DNA from: Phallusia mammillata
Lineage: Eukaryota
Direction: 5' to 3'
Assembly (NCBI GenBank): GCA_965637545.1
Contig: OZ281494.1
Location: 868,001 to 932,000, forward strand
DNA: 64,000 nucleotides
The notes under the pieces were generated by a model. It searched no databases, was not told the DNA's origin, and worked only from the letters and a program-made list of their open reading frames with translations. The number at the start of each line of letters is the position of its first letter. The first letter of the stretch is position 1. Positions 23,301 to 36,254 of this stretch are shown piece by piece. The position numbers and the translations under genes were made by a program.

Positions 23301-26300
23301 CGTGAAAGCAGGCCACACACAAGGTTGGCAGTTATGTCGTAACAATAGATGTATGGTGCAAAGGTAACAAAGGCGGAAAAGTTTTTTGCTATTGGGGAGC
23401 GTTACTGTCCGTTACAACTATAATTTGACGTAGTAAGCAAGTAGTGTGGGATTGCGGCAGACTGTGGCCGTGGGCCACATTATCATGTAAGACCAGAAAG
23501 TGTCTGCGGGCCGCTCAAAATCCCGTCGCGGGCCGGAGCCCCTGATTAAGAGGCTTTCATAATCGCTGATCTGTAGAGTCGCTAAAAAGCCATTGTTATC
23601 CGACCAGGGTTATATGTCTCAGTATTCAATTTTTTGACAAAGATTGTTCTCAGGTTGTGATTTATGTGTTGGGGCTGTACAGAAGAATCGTGGCACCGTA
23701 TGCAGATAAATTGGCAACAATTGAAAATCTCAGTTTTTCAACACAATATAATTTTGAGGTAAAGTGTGTTAAAAAAAAGCAGTGATTATTTTTTATTTTA
23801 TTTTTTTTGCGTTTAAATGATCAGCTCAATGACAATATGAAGCAAGTTTTATTATTAGACTACAACATAGCTTTCTCATTTATCTAACAAAATGACGGAT
23901 ATGAAAACAGTTCCGAAATTCTCTAATCAAAAATAGCCTAAAACACCTAAACAAACTAAATTAAAAGTTATTATATTTCATCACTTATTATTTGCTGACA
24001 GATCACTACAATGCTTCATGGATGCCTAAATGCAAACGTCTCAACCTCCACATCAACAACAACTTTTGAAAATCCCCCATCGAGCTGCTATCCTCCACGT
24101 AAGCGAACAAGCCACGTGTGAAATTTGAATTTTTAATCCTAACACCTTTTTTGTAGTAAACATAACTGCAGAGACATTTCCATGCAACGCTTCAACTGTA
24201 CTTGTCAGCTGGGCTGGACTTGATCAATTCATCAACAGTAACAATTTAACAGCACAGGTTTAGTTTGAATTTGTGTTTGTTCAACCGTTAACTAAAACGA
24301 AACTAACACAGGTTGTGATTCAAGTCGAGGGTTTAAATGAGACAATATCTGTTCCATATTCTGACAATTCGACTTTGATAGAAGATCTACAGTATTCAAC
24401 ATTCTATGAAATTCTGGTGAATTTGTTTTTCTTATTTGAGTCAATCGAACAAGTAGTTGCAGGACACCTTCTGTTTACAATCAACTACGCGTTTAAACAT
24501 TTTCATCGCAATGCATTTACGTAGTTTAAGTATTTCAGGTCACAGTCATTGTCACCGGTTCAATCAACACAAACATCACATCCAATCTGACAGTAACAAC
24601 TCCGGACAATCCCCCTCAAAGTTGTTACCCAAAAGGTAAAAATTATCGCAGAAAAGAAATGTAATTTGGTTTCGTGTAGCACTGAAGTTATGGAAATTAA
24701 AATTGTTGTAAAATCATATCACTGTTTCGCAACCACAATTCCGCAAAAGTGAGAAAACTATTTAGCAAACACAAATTTTAAGATCCTGACACAGCGCTTC
24801 TTTCCTATTTACATTGCAGTAAACACGACTGTAGAGACTTTTCCATGCAACGCTTCAACTGTGCTTGTCAGTTGGACTGGACTTGATCAATTCATCAACA
24901 GCAACCATCTAACAGCTCAGGTTTAAACCAAGTTTGTATGTGGCTAAACGGTTATTTGATGTCACTATACATGCAGGTTGAAATTCAAGTGGACGGTTTG
25001 AATCAAACAGTCTCTGCTCCGTATTTTGACTACACCACGACAATAGAAGATCTCACTCACTCTACTTCTTATGTCATTGAGGTAAAAGTCTGTTTCCTGT
25101 GTTGTTGTTAATTGAACAATCACTGGTTTACCAGAAAAAGTAACGTTAATAAACTTGTCCGGAAACCGGAACATAACATGTACATAAACAAAAGGTATGT
25201 TTGTGATTCCAGGTCACAGTGATTGTCACTGGTTCCATAAACACAAACATCACATCCAATGCAACAGTAAAAACACCGGGTAATCCCCCTTCTAGCTGTT
25301 ACCCTGAAGGTAAACATTGATGCAAATTTTAAGCATTTACCGACCCTAATTCCCAAGAAACAGGCAAAGTGTTTCTCTAACTTTGCAATATTATACATTG
25401 TAGTAATTGCGACTGCAGAGACATTTCCATGCAACGCTACATCTGTGCTTGTCGGTTGGACTGGACTTGATCAATTCATCAACAACAACGATCTCGTGGC
25501 GCAGGTTGACAGCAAGTTTGTGTGTTTTTCAAACAAATATTTGTAACCAAACTACATGCAGGTTGAGATAAACATCGAGGGTTTAAACAAATCAACTTCA
25601 GTTCCGTACTTTAGCGATTCGGTCTTAATAGAAGATCTCAGTCACTCAACGATCTATGAAATTCAAGTGAATTTATTTTCCATTGAGAGTTGATTTAACA
25701 CATTTAAGGTGAAACCTACAAGACTTGTTACGTGTTTGATGTCTTTCAGGTCATAGTTATTGTCACTGGTTCAATCAACACAAACATCACATCTAATATG
25801 ACAGTAACAACTCCGGGTAATCCCCCGCAAAGCTGCTATCCTGAAGGTAATATTTTTAGTAAAATTAAACAGAAATATGGAGTGCAGACATGTGATTAAC
25901 AAACACGATATTTCAAAACGCCTGCAATATTTGTTGCATTACTGCAAGTTTTGTAAAACAGAAACAGTAAATCTTTTATTCCAGTAAACTCGACTGCAGA
26001 GACATTTCCATGCAACGCTTCAAACGTGCTTGTCAGGTGGACTGGACTTGATCAATTCCTCATCAACAACGATCTGTTAGCGCAGGTCTATTGGAAACTC
26101 TTTGTTGTTGTTTTTTGAGTCTTCATTGTTTGATATACAAACCTGAATGTGTGACAAATTTGCTGAAAAAAAACTAAATTCATCATTGCATCCAAATTAC
26201 ATACAGGTTGAAATTGAAGGCCAGGGTTTGAATCAAACAATCTCTGTTCCTTATTGCAATAAATCAACTATGATAGAAGATCTCCTTCACTCTACTTTGT

Positions 26301-29300
26301 ATGAAATATTGGTAAGGACTTGTTCTCCTTTATTTTTTGACCAAGTAAAAATAAACAGAAAAAAATCTTAAAAATCGTTTTGTTGAAAATTAAACTGAAA
26401 GTATTTTTTTGTATCACAGATTACATCCATAGTCACTGGTTCAATCAACACAAACATCACATCCAATCTGACAGTAACAACTCTGGGAAATCCACCTCCA
26501 AACTGTTATCCTGGAACAAATCCTGCGACTAGTGTTGGAATGATTGCTGGTCTGGTGATCGGGCTGTTGCTTCTGGTACTTGTCATTGCTGTGCTGGTGG
26601 TTATGATTAAACGTCGAAACAGGTTTGTCATTAACTGATTTGGCTCACAAAACATAAATATGTGTTTGATATTTTTGATCAAAACATTTTGGACAAAATT
26701 CTTCTGCTCATGATGCCCGGTAACCAGATTTTTACCACCAACTGAAATTTAGATCACGAATAAATATTCAAACTTGTTTTTTATTAAAGCAAAGATTAAA
26801 CACTCATGTACAATTAAATAGAAACATGACCAACTAAAAAAGTTTAACTCAAAGCTGTTCTGTGTTTGCAGAAATAACAAAGATCCGCCTTCACATGTGG
26901 AATTTTCATCGCAAATGTCACCCGCAGGTAACTTTCACTATCGAAAATTGCTAATTAACTAATAGGGTTTCACAAAATTTATGAAAACAATTCCATAGAG
27001 CCATGCTGAAATATACCTCATGGTTTCAACAGGACCCGTGATATACGAAAACCTATCTCCTTCTGTTGTCCCTTCAAAAAACTGCAGAATCACCAAATTG
27101 TTTGAGGTGTTCAAGAAAAATGTTGAGTCAGGACTTCTATTTGTCAACGAATTTAAGGTTAGAGAAAACTATAATAAACATTTACGTCCAAGCAATTCAA
27201 GAAGAAAACAATCAAACCTTAAAAACTCCTTTCATTACGTTTTAACCATTTTTCAGGAAGTCGAAAACCAAAGCAAAAACAACCAGAGAACAAGGGACGT
27301 GTCGCAGTTGCCGCAAAATGCTGTGAGAAACCGATATAAGAATATTTTTCCTTGTGAGTATTGAAACACAAAATACAAATGAGTTTAATAAATGAGTATA
27401 TGAAATTGGTTAATTTTTCCTATTGATCAAAGTCTCGTGAAAAGTCACTTTGTTGTGTTGTAAATCCCTTGATTTATTACTGGCATAGTTGTTGCACATT
27501 TGTTTCCGCGACAAAACATAATGCAAATCCTCAGTTTTTGTTTTATTTTTTTATTTTTATTAGGATAGTTGGTTTTGCTATTTTACTTGTGTTAGGTAAA
27601 TATTACACTATTGGCTACAGTGGATATTTGTTGTTACACTTCTGCACGTGTTATAAAATCTCAGTATTAATGGCGTGTTTTCAATAGACGATCATGCCCG
27701 AGTAGTTTTGCAAGGAAGCGGTGGAAACGATTACATCAACGCCGCTTATATACCGGGTTACGATAACGAGAGGAAGTTCATCGCCACTCAGGGTCCGAAG
27801 AAGGAGACAATCAACGATTTCTGGTTGATGGTTTGGCAGGAAAACTCCAACATCATCGTAATGCTTACTGGCTTGGTGGAAAAAGGAAGAGTTGAGTTTT
27901 TTATGTGGCAGATATACATTGATTGACAAAATCAAATCTGCCACGGAGTGAATAGGAAACAAGTTTTTTGTTTGTCTAAACCAGTGGTTCTTAGCTCGTC
28001 GTCCATGGACCACTAGTGGTCCACGAAGAGTTTTTGGGTGGTCCACAGGACGTCCACGAAACTTGGTGAAAACTGGTTTTTGCATATTGTATTTTGAAAA
28101 ACGGTCAGCGTGTTTGTTGTCAGCAATTTTATCTCACTTCTTGTAAGCGTCTACTGATTTTGTGTCAAAAGCATTTGCTTCTTAATTATTCATTTACTGA
28201 AAGAGTTTTGACTCAGTGATCGTGGACAATAACATGCTTAATATTAGAGAAACAGATCCTGTGAATAGCATTTATGTTATTGTAAATAGGTTTTGAATAA
28301 TTATGCTTCAAGCAAACATGATTATTTCATAGGCCTACTTCAATCTTGCTTACAAATGTAATGGTCTACGATATTGTTTTTGCTGCTTCGGTGGTCCCTG
28401 AAACGGGTTGAGAACCACTGGTCTAGAAATAACAAAATATATTTTAAATGCAGACAAAGTGTGAAAAATATTGGCCTGATATGGACTCCAAAATCAAATT
28501 GTCGTCGAATTTGGAAGTTCGAACACAACATGAATCAAGTCTAGGAGGAATCATATATCGACAGTTCGAATTATCCACAACCAGGGTTTGTGTAAATAAC
28601 GAAAATGTAACCATAAAACGTAAATGACCAACAAACTAGTATTTGTCTTGCTAAAATTTCGTTGCCTAATGTTTTCTTGACTCACGCATTGCACGGCATG
28701 TGGATGGCACGTTCCTTTTCAGCAAAACTGACGTAATAATTCATGTAATTACTTGTTTTCGTTATCAGGAGCAACGTTTCATAACACAGTTGCAGTTTAC
28801 AACTTGGCCTGATCATGGAATTCCAGTAACTACATCCAACATGATCCACCTACGTAACATGGTCGTTGATTTGCAAAACACAAATGATCCAATCATCGTG
28901 CACTGCAGGTAAAGACTTGACAAACCCTGTGTTATGTTGACCAATCAGTGAATCCAACGTTTAAATGCAGTGCCGGAGTGGGACGCACAGGTACTTACAT
29001 AGCAATGGACACTTTGTTTCATGAACTTGACGACAAAGGAACAGTTGATGTTCCACAAACTGTGTTAAGAATGAGAGAAAACCGAACAGACATGATTCAA
29101 AATTCGGTAATGTGCTGCAAACGTTAACTTAACTATAAAAAAACGACAAGGAATTCGGCACAAATTCCACATGTTAACTGCTCTATAGGGGGGCATATGA
29201 TGCAACTAAGACTAACAACGTCAATCATGTTTTTTTTCTAAATTTGTTTTTCTTCAGAAACAATACATGTACGTCTACAAACTTCTCATGGAGCGTGAGA

Positions 29301-31106
29301 ATTTAATTGAAACAGATAAAGATGTGACAGAACTACAATCGATGACCTCAAGTGAAATGTAACTCATTTTGTGTTTTATTAATCACAACACATGGCTCAT
29401 TTCTAGTTTACAATTTTAATTCCTTGCAAGCATTTTGTTGGTGTACCACATTAGTAGTTGTCACTTTGTTGAGATTATTGTTTGAACCGCTAATAGCTTT
29501 CACATGTGAGCGCGCATTAAGCTTTTGTTTTGCAGCACGAAGATGCAAGAGCAAGAATTTGAAACATTGTCAGTGTGGCGATTTGGCGAGGAATGGCAGG
29601 AAAATCACCCACAGCTGAGAACATGTAAGTTTACTTCTCAAAATAATGTTTGACCTTAGACAGATGAAATATTGTGTTCAGATAAGAACACGGCAGTAAA
29701 AATTTGGAACAAAAAACTTGAGATTATACAGCAGTTGGATGCCTCGTATATTCAGGTGATATTACAAAATACAATGTTTTAAATCACATCACGGTTTCAA
29801 TTTCAATTTGTAGCATATGTACTAATGTGTTTCAAAGTCAAGTCAAATAGGTTTTAAGGTGATTGTATAAGCACCTTTACACACAGACATCAGTAGCAAA
29901 CCATTCGGGTAAAATGTCAATAAGTTTTAATGATTTACATGTCAGAACAAAAATGATCTTTGTCCTTGAGCTTACTTCTTTTGGTCTACTTTAATCTAGT
30001 TTCAAATACAGGAACAAGGATCTTCGGAATGTTTCATCGCTGCAAAAAATCCTGCTGCTGGAGAAAAAGAAAATTTCTGGAAGATGATTGTGGAGAAAAA
30101 AGCTATGGTTGTCATTGATTTGGAAAATAGCATTGATGTAATGCTGTCATTTCAAATCACAATTTCTTTACATATTAAAACATAAAATTGTTTTTAGATT
30201 CCAGTGAATGCAGCTTTACAATACGAAGATATTTCGGTTTCTGTATGTGACGTAAATGAAAGCAACGTCCACAATCTGACAACTGTTGACGTTTGGTCAA
30301 CAACCAACGCTTTTGTAAGTTGAAAAATTTAGAACAGCATTGCTTCTAAACTACAAAGTTTGTTGTGGTCTAATGTGTGAAAAACAAATCAGTACAAAAT
30401 CTATCAAAAAACAACTCAAAAATACCTTTTACAACATAGCATTATTTCAAAATTTGCGTAACTGCTCGGATCAACATACCGGCTTTTAGCATTTAAAGAT
30501 TAGTTTTATAACGTGCATAATGAAACTTAGCTTTAAATTGTTTTCAGGCTGATACTCAATTGTGGCTTCTGCAAGTCAAGGGATGGAGTGACGTGGAACA
30601 ACCCCCGAAAGAAATGGTTTTCATCAAAATTATCGAGGAAATGCAACGGCTAAAGGCCAAACAGAATTGTCAATATGTGCTGGTTGTCTGCAGGTAATAT
30701 ATTGTTTGCATTTTACACACAAAACAAGGAGATCTGCTACAACAAATTGATATCAAGCCAATTTGCCAACAAAATTGTAAAAATCATAAACATGTTCTCA
30801 AGACAAAATAATATTGATATGTTCCCAGCAACGGATCAACAAGAACTGGAACCTTTATCACTTTGGTGAACATTCTCGAACGTTTGAAGGCACAAAAGCG
30901 GGTGGATGTATTCCGAACTGTAAAAGACCTGAGAGATATGAGGCCGAATATGGTCGACAACAAGGTAACGTTTTTCTTTGGGCTAAGGCGAGATATGTAG
31001 ACATCTCTTTAAATAAAGTTTATTTTGACAGGAACTGTATAAATACTGCTACTCGGTCGTCATGCAATATCTGTCTGATTTCGACACTTATTCAAACTTC
31101 CAATGA
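20330..31106 (+). CDS. Gene 4: intact receptor-type tyrosine phosphatase, CTL(+insert)-5xFN3-TM-ITIM-PTP D1-D2 (1400 aa)
   Basis: Exons 20330-20390, 20455-20631, 20798-20930, 20988-21091, 21807-21965, 22047-22241; FN3 exons 22408-22508, 23654-23758, 24002-24098, 24157-24257, 24312-24416, 24539-24635, 24820-24920, 24977-25081, 25213-25309, 25404-25504, 25562-25666, 25750-25846, 25985-26085, 26207-26311, 26420-26622 (TM); 26872-26927, 27033-27157, 27257-27353, 27688-27890, 28454-28585, 28769-28908, 28971-29106, 29258-29358, 29536-29624, 29682-29755, 30012-30137, 30198-30314, 30548-30693, 30829-30964, 31032-31106. Total 4203 nt. D1 has [20 protein letters not shown] and MIQ motifs; D2 is degenerate ([11 protein letters not shown]); the C-terminus FDTYSNFQ resembles PTPRA/PTPRE. 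Confidence 0.92.
23016..23544. mobile_element. hAT-family MITE
   Basis: CAGGGGCGGGCAAC...GGAGCCCCTG termini; exact 8-bp TSD ATTAAGAG (23008-23015 / 23545-23552). Confidence 0.88.
27982..28420. mobile_element. hAT (Charlie-like) MITE in a PTP D1 intron
   Basis: TIRs CAGTGGTTCT / AGAACCACTG; TSD GTCTAAAC / GTCTAGAA (6 of 8 match). Confidence 0.82.
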
Positions 31107-31794
31107 TCTGAAAACAGACAACGGCATTATTGAGAAATCTGAGCGTTTGCTTTTGTTCGTTAATAGATTTTCTGTCATGTTTGAAACATTTGTTGTTTAA
31201 TCATGCTGATCTGCAATCTGCAGCTTGTGTGTTGCCCCGTTTTCCGAAAATAATTATTTGTGTAAGATTTGTCGAAACTTTAATTCCGAGATTTTTTTCT
31301 TAAATCATTTCTGCGTTATCACCCAAAAAAGAAAAATTGTGCTGGAAAAATTCTGTTACATAGAATACAATAAGCAATTAATTTTAGCGTTATTTGAAAT
31401 ATAGGCCTATACAATAATAAACCCACTAATATCTATGCTTGTCGTTAGTTGCTAAATTCAAGTTAAATATGTCAGATATTTAAACAGGTGTTATTCCGTT
31501 GTTAAGTAAAGTAGTAAAAAAGAATCTACAAAACAAGCAGCCGACACAACGACAGTGAAGCATTTTCTGTTGAGTCGATTTCCATGCAGTAAAACTTGCT
31601 GTAAAATGTTGAGGGTCGGACAAACCTTTTGTCACAAGCTCATGATAACCGTAAGTTGCGTGACTACTTTGGACAAAAGTTTCTCCGTATTATTCACTAC
31701 TACTTTGCGTATTCCTATCTGCAATACGACGTCGCGGCGAATCACTCACAGCACTTGCCGATGTCGCGCTACCCTACTATATCGTGACTTGCGT

Positions 31795-32520
31795 GTTCTA
31801 ATTTTCAAAGACTTTTACTAGCTTGAAGTAGCCAAACTATTACACGACTGTCATTCTTGTACAATGCCTTTCACATACAACTCCCTTTTCACACCTATTG
31901 AGTCAGTACAGTGTTACAACACACAAAGGGCTGAAAACCAGAATTACTTTCATCAACACCATGTCTATCAAAAGATCAACTTGCCATCGAGGTCCAAAAG
32001 TATGGAAAGAATTACCACACGACATAAAGTCTCGGCCACGTTCCTCCTCTTTCAAAACACAAAGTATTGCTTGCATTTATTGAGGCAATATGACCACTCA
32101 ATTACTAAAAAACCTCTATGCCATCGCTCATACCAGAATACATATAATACAGCTTGATTTTCTATACCAAAAATTACCCTAGTTTTAGCTACCTTTTTCT
32201 GTTTTTTTTATGTCTGTTTTAGTTTTATCTTAGCGTTCTTTCACTTTTATTCTTTTAACTCGTTTGTATTATAACAATGAACTAGATCTCGCCGTCGATT
32301 CTACAAACCCTGGAGGGCCAACAAAAATCATTGGGCCAACAAAACTCGCGTTCAACTACCGTCTTATGCAACCGGACCTACCCCGCCAGGATCGTGCGGT
32401 CGGTTGCGATTCTACGGTACGACATACCCAGAAAACCAAATTTAACCAACACTTGATTCGGCAATGTATGGATTCTTTCGGTGTCCTTCCCTTTTCCGTA
32501 TCTGTTCAACAAAAATGAAA
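31795..32520 (+). mobile_element. 5'-truncated, decayed L2/CR1-group LINE: ORF2 C-terminus plus 3' UTR
   Basis: With one stop and one frameshift it translates as IFKDFY*LEVAKLLHDCHS...YNTQRA...RGPKVWKELPHDIKSRPRSSSFK, typical of the CR1/L2-group ORF2 end (YNTR...RGPK.WN.LP..IK...S...FK). The 3' boundary is approximate. Confidence 0.7.
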
Positions 32521-32589
32521 CTGTTATGGTAAAGTGCTCATGCAAAAAATCACTTGACTTGACAGTGCTTTATGACTTCAATTAAGGTG

Positions 32590-32720
32590 AAGGTGCCAAT
32601 GTTTGCAGTAAAACATAAAAGCGCTTTAACGAGTTGGTAAACACCCAAGTGTCGGACGATTCTTAAGAAACACAAGGACTTTCGTTTCTTCTGTCAGTGC
32701 GAATTGGGCAATGCTTTTCA
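32590..32720 (+). promoter_or_regulatory. Third copy of the conserved upstream block (gene 5)
   Basis: GGTAAACA 32636-32643; ACTTTCGTTTC 32678-32688 followed by a pyrimidine tract and CAG. Confidence 0.5.
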
Positions 32721-32878
32721 GTGTTTCAAGTTTGGAAGCAAGGGAGCGTTTAAGCTTTTTTAATTAGTATTTATTTGGAAAATTATAATCACAGAGTGCC
32801 TAACAAACAGTTTTATGATTGAAGAATGGATTGCTTAATTGCAAACCTAAAATCATTTTTTGATATTTTGCTCTGTCA

Positions 32879-35800
32879 ATGTTAGTCATGATCTCTGGTC
32901 GCAAGATTGTGGTGTTGTTGTTTCTTGTTCACTGCTCATTCACTCAACACAACAGTAAGTTACATCGAAACCAAATATATTATAAAAACCAAAAAAAAAA
33001 AATTCTAAAAAATATTTTTGACAGGTTGTACAAAGACTCATCAAGCAGTGAAGGACAGTGTGTTGATATTATCTGACGATCTTGTGGATGCAAACACTGC
33101 ACTGGAGAAATGTTCTTTGCTGGGTGGAAATCTTGCAATGACTGATGACCCACAGATCAACACAACTCTCACTCAACTCATGACTGACAAATACACGACA
33201 GGTTTGTACTTATGTTTATTCCGTTTGTGAGCAGACAGATATACTTCAACGGCACTAAAAACCGTGAATAGCTGTAAATGCGTAGTTACCCTTTGTTGAA
33301 AAATGCTCATGTTCAACTGCATTGCAAAAAAAACTTCTCAGATTTGCAGCGGGTTTATATCTTTTACGAAGACAAACATGAACGATACAAATACTCAAAC
33401 AATTCGGCTGAAGAGGATTTCTGGAAAAGTACAATATCTCTCGGACATCTGTGGTATTTCGATCTGCTAATCAGGTAAACACATTTAACAGCAACCATGG
33501 CAATCGTAACCATACATATGTAAATATATATACATATATTTATTTTATTTTTTCAACAGCAATCCTAAAAACCAAAGTCAACCAATTTATTTTTGCGACT
33601 ATGGGACAAACACTGTCAATGAGCGGTGGAATGTCACTATTGGAAGAAATTGCAGTGGCCTGGCGCCCAATGGAAATTGGAACCGTTAGTGTGAATAAAC
33701 TTAGTAACTTAGTTGACCGTTATATAAGGCAGATGTCAAACCTATAAATTATATTTTAAAAAAATGTGTGTATGAAAAAATAACCCAAAATTTGTGTGTA
33801 AAATTTTTTGGTTTAAAACCAAAATAACAAACTGGTACGTAAATAGTGGGTTTGTAAATACAGCCATTCACAAAGAACAAAAACTCAATACAAAACGTAA
33901 CTGTCATGTTTCAAACCTTGATTTTTACTCTATTGCCATGTCAATGAAAAAGATCTCAGGCTCATTTATTGTTATTTGATTAATTTATGTTTGTTTACAG
34001 AATGGACATTACAGTTTTTCTTGTTTCCCGACACTACCAACAGAAAAAAAAAAAAAAACGTTCAAGCAAGTTACGAAGTGTTAACGAAACGTTTCAAAAC
34101 TTCACCATATATGAGGAATCGTTCTTGGCGGAAAGTGAGTACCCAACAACATTTGGTCACCAAACAGGCAAAACCTAACGTTGTGCATCAATAGTATTTG
34201 CCATTTCTCTTACAGACGTTAACGTTTTAATTGGAGCTCGTTACCACACTTCGTTGCATGGTTGGTATTGGAGCGACGGATCTCCGGCAAACTTTCCCGT
34301 TTCAAACTTTACAACTTGCCAGCAGGGAGCGTTGCATTATGGGATCGGATGGGAGCAGTCAAGCATGAACTGCAGTGGGGAACCGGCTTACTACGCTTGT
34401 CAAGTGAAGCGTGAGTAATTTCAAGTAAATCAATCATCAAAAATAGTAAATGTCTTCTTGACATCACTATGTGTTTCAATGATTTTTTTGCAGGTATGTT
34501 TGCACATACTTTTATATTGTGTCGCTAGACAATATGCTTTCATGAATATTTAATTTAAACTTTTTTCTAGTTAAAGCGACTATGGATACTATTCCATGCA
34601 ACACTTTAACTGTGTTGGTCAGTTGGACTGGACTTGATCAATTCATCCGCAACAACAAACTTTATGCAGAAGTGACATATTTACGTCCGTTAACTTCTTG
34701 ATTTTAACAAATGTTTCATTTAGGTTGAAATTTATGTCTTGGAAATGAACAGAAAATTCATTGCACCATATGCTATTCTGTCGACAACCATCGAAAACCT
34801 AAGTTTTGCAACTAATTACAACATTACCGTAAGCAATCTATAGTAGCAGTGTACAAATTGTTTGACATGTTAGAGCATCTTTTCAGTGCCTATAAAAATT
34901 AAAAGTCCAGACCTTGATTTTTAATTTTAAATGTTTCAATTGAAGGCATTCAGCCGCTTTATAATAATTTAGGTCTACTGCTTAAACGTTTCAGATCACT
35001 ACAATGCTTACCGGATGCTTGAACACTAACGTCTCAACATCGAAAACAGTAACAACTTTTGGAAACCCCCCATCAAGTTGCTATCCACCAGGTAAGCAAG
35101 CGTGCTACGTGCTGTGTGGTATATTAAATTCCAAGAGTTAGGAAACATTTACCGTGTCCAAACCTTAACAACGATTTTTGTAGTGAACACGACTGCGGAG
35201 ACATTTCCATGCAACGCATCAACTGTGCTTGTTCGTTGGACTGGACTTGATCAATTCATTAACAATAACAATTTAACAGCACAGGTGCAGATAAAATTGT
35301 GTGTTGCTTTTGGTTTAATTTCTAGTCGACAAACATAAATTGTTGAAACACTCTTATACCTTGCTTCAGGTTCAGATTGTTGTCATGAGTTTGAATCAAA
35401 CTATCTCCGTCCCGTATTCAGATAACACGACAATAATACAAGATCTTATACTTTCTACTTCATACCATATTGTTGTAAGTAACTTTTTGTAGAATTATAA
35501 TCCATCACTTTTTGACACATGCCATCATAGTTTATCACGTACAACAACAAAACATATTTTTGTATTGCAGGTCACAGTAATTGTCACTGGTTCAATTAAC
35601 ACAAACATTACATCGAATCTGACAGCAACCACTTTAGGTAATCCCCCTTCGTGCGGTTTACCTGCAACGAGTGTTGGAATGATTGCTGGTTTGGCGATCG
35701 GTCTGTTGCTTCTGCTCCTTGTCATTGTTGGGCTAATAGTCTTGTTCATACGCCGAAGACGCAGGTGCATGCAATCGCATCTGTTTTAATTATCTTTGTT

Positions 35801-36254
35801 TCACCAGCTGAGCTACTTTTTTAACTTTGTTTAAACTCGAAACGGTTAGAGATTAGAACCACAAATCCTAGGTCTGATTGCTGTCCCACCCAACTTAATT
35901 TCAATTCCAAACACTCGTTTTTCCCACAGAGCACCATAATAAGCAAAATTTGTTTCCACAGAACTTCAAATAGAAAAACATCTGGAAAACAAGCGACTCA
36001 TGAACAGTTTCCACATCAGAGTAACAAAGGTAAGGAAAATTTCTACTGCAATGCCTCAAGTTTATCGTACAAAGTTTGAACCCAGCACATTACTCATCCA
36101 CTAACTTATTGTATGAGTTAAAAGTTTCAAACTGTTTACAATGGAATTTACAATCTGTTTCGCAGCAAACTCCGACGACAAAACTACAGATCAACATGAA
36201 TACGAAAACTACAGAGCAACAAATGGAAACCCTACTTACGAAACTATAACATAA
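32879..36254 (+). pseudogene. Gene 5: CTL(+insert)-2xFN3-TM receptor with Tyr-motif tail and no PTP; frameshifted in an A15 tract
   Basis: Exons 32879 (or ATG 32888)-32954, 33025-33201, 33342-33474, 33560-33684, 34001-34134 (134 nt, 1 nt short of frame), 34216-34410, 34571-34671, 34724-34828, 34995-35091, 35184-35284, 35370-35474, 35571-35764 (TM), 35962-36029, 36166-36254 (ANSDDKTTDQHEYENYRATNGNPTYETIT*). Confidence 0.8.
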
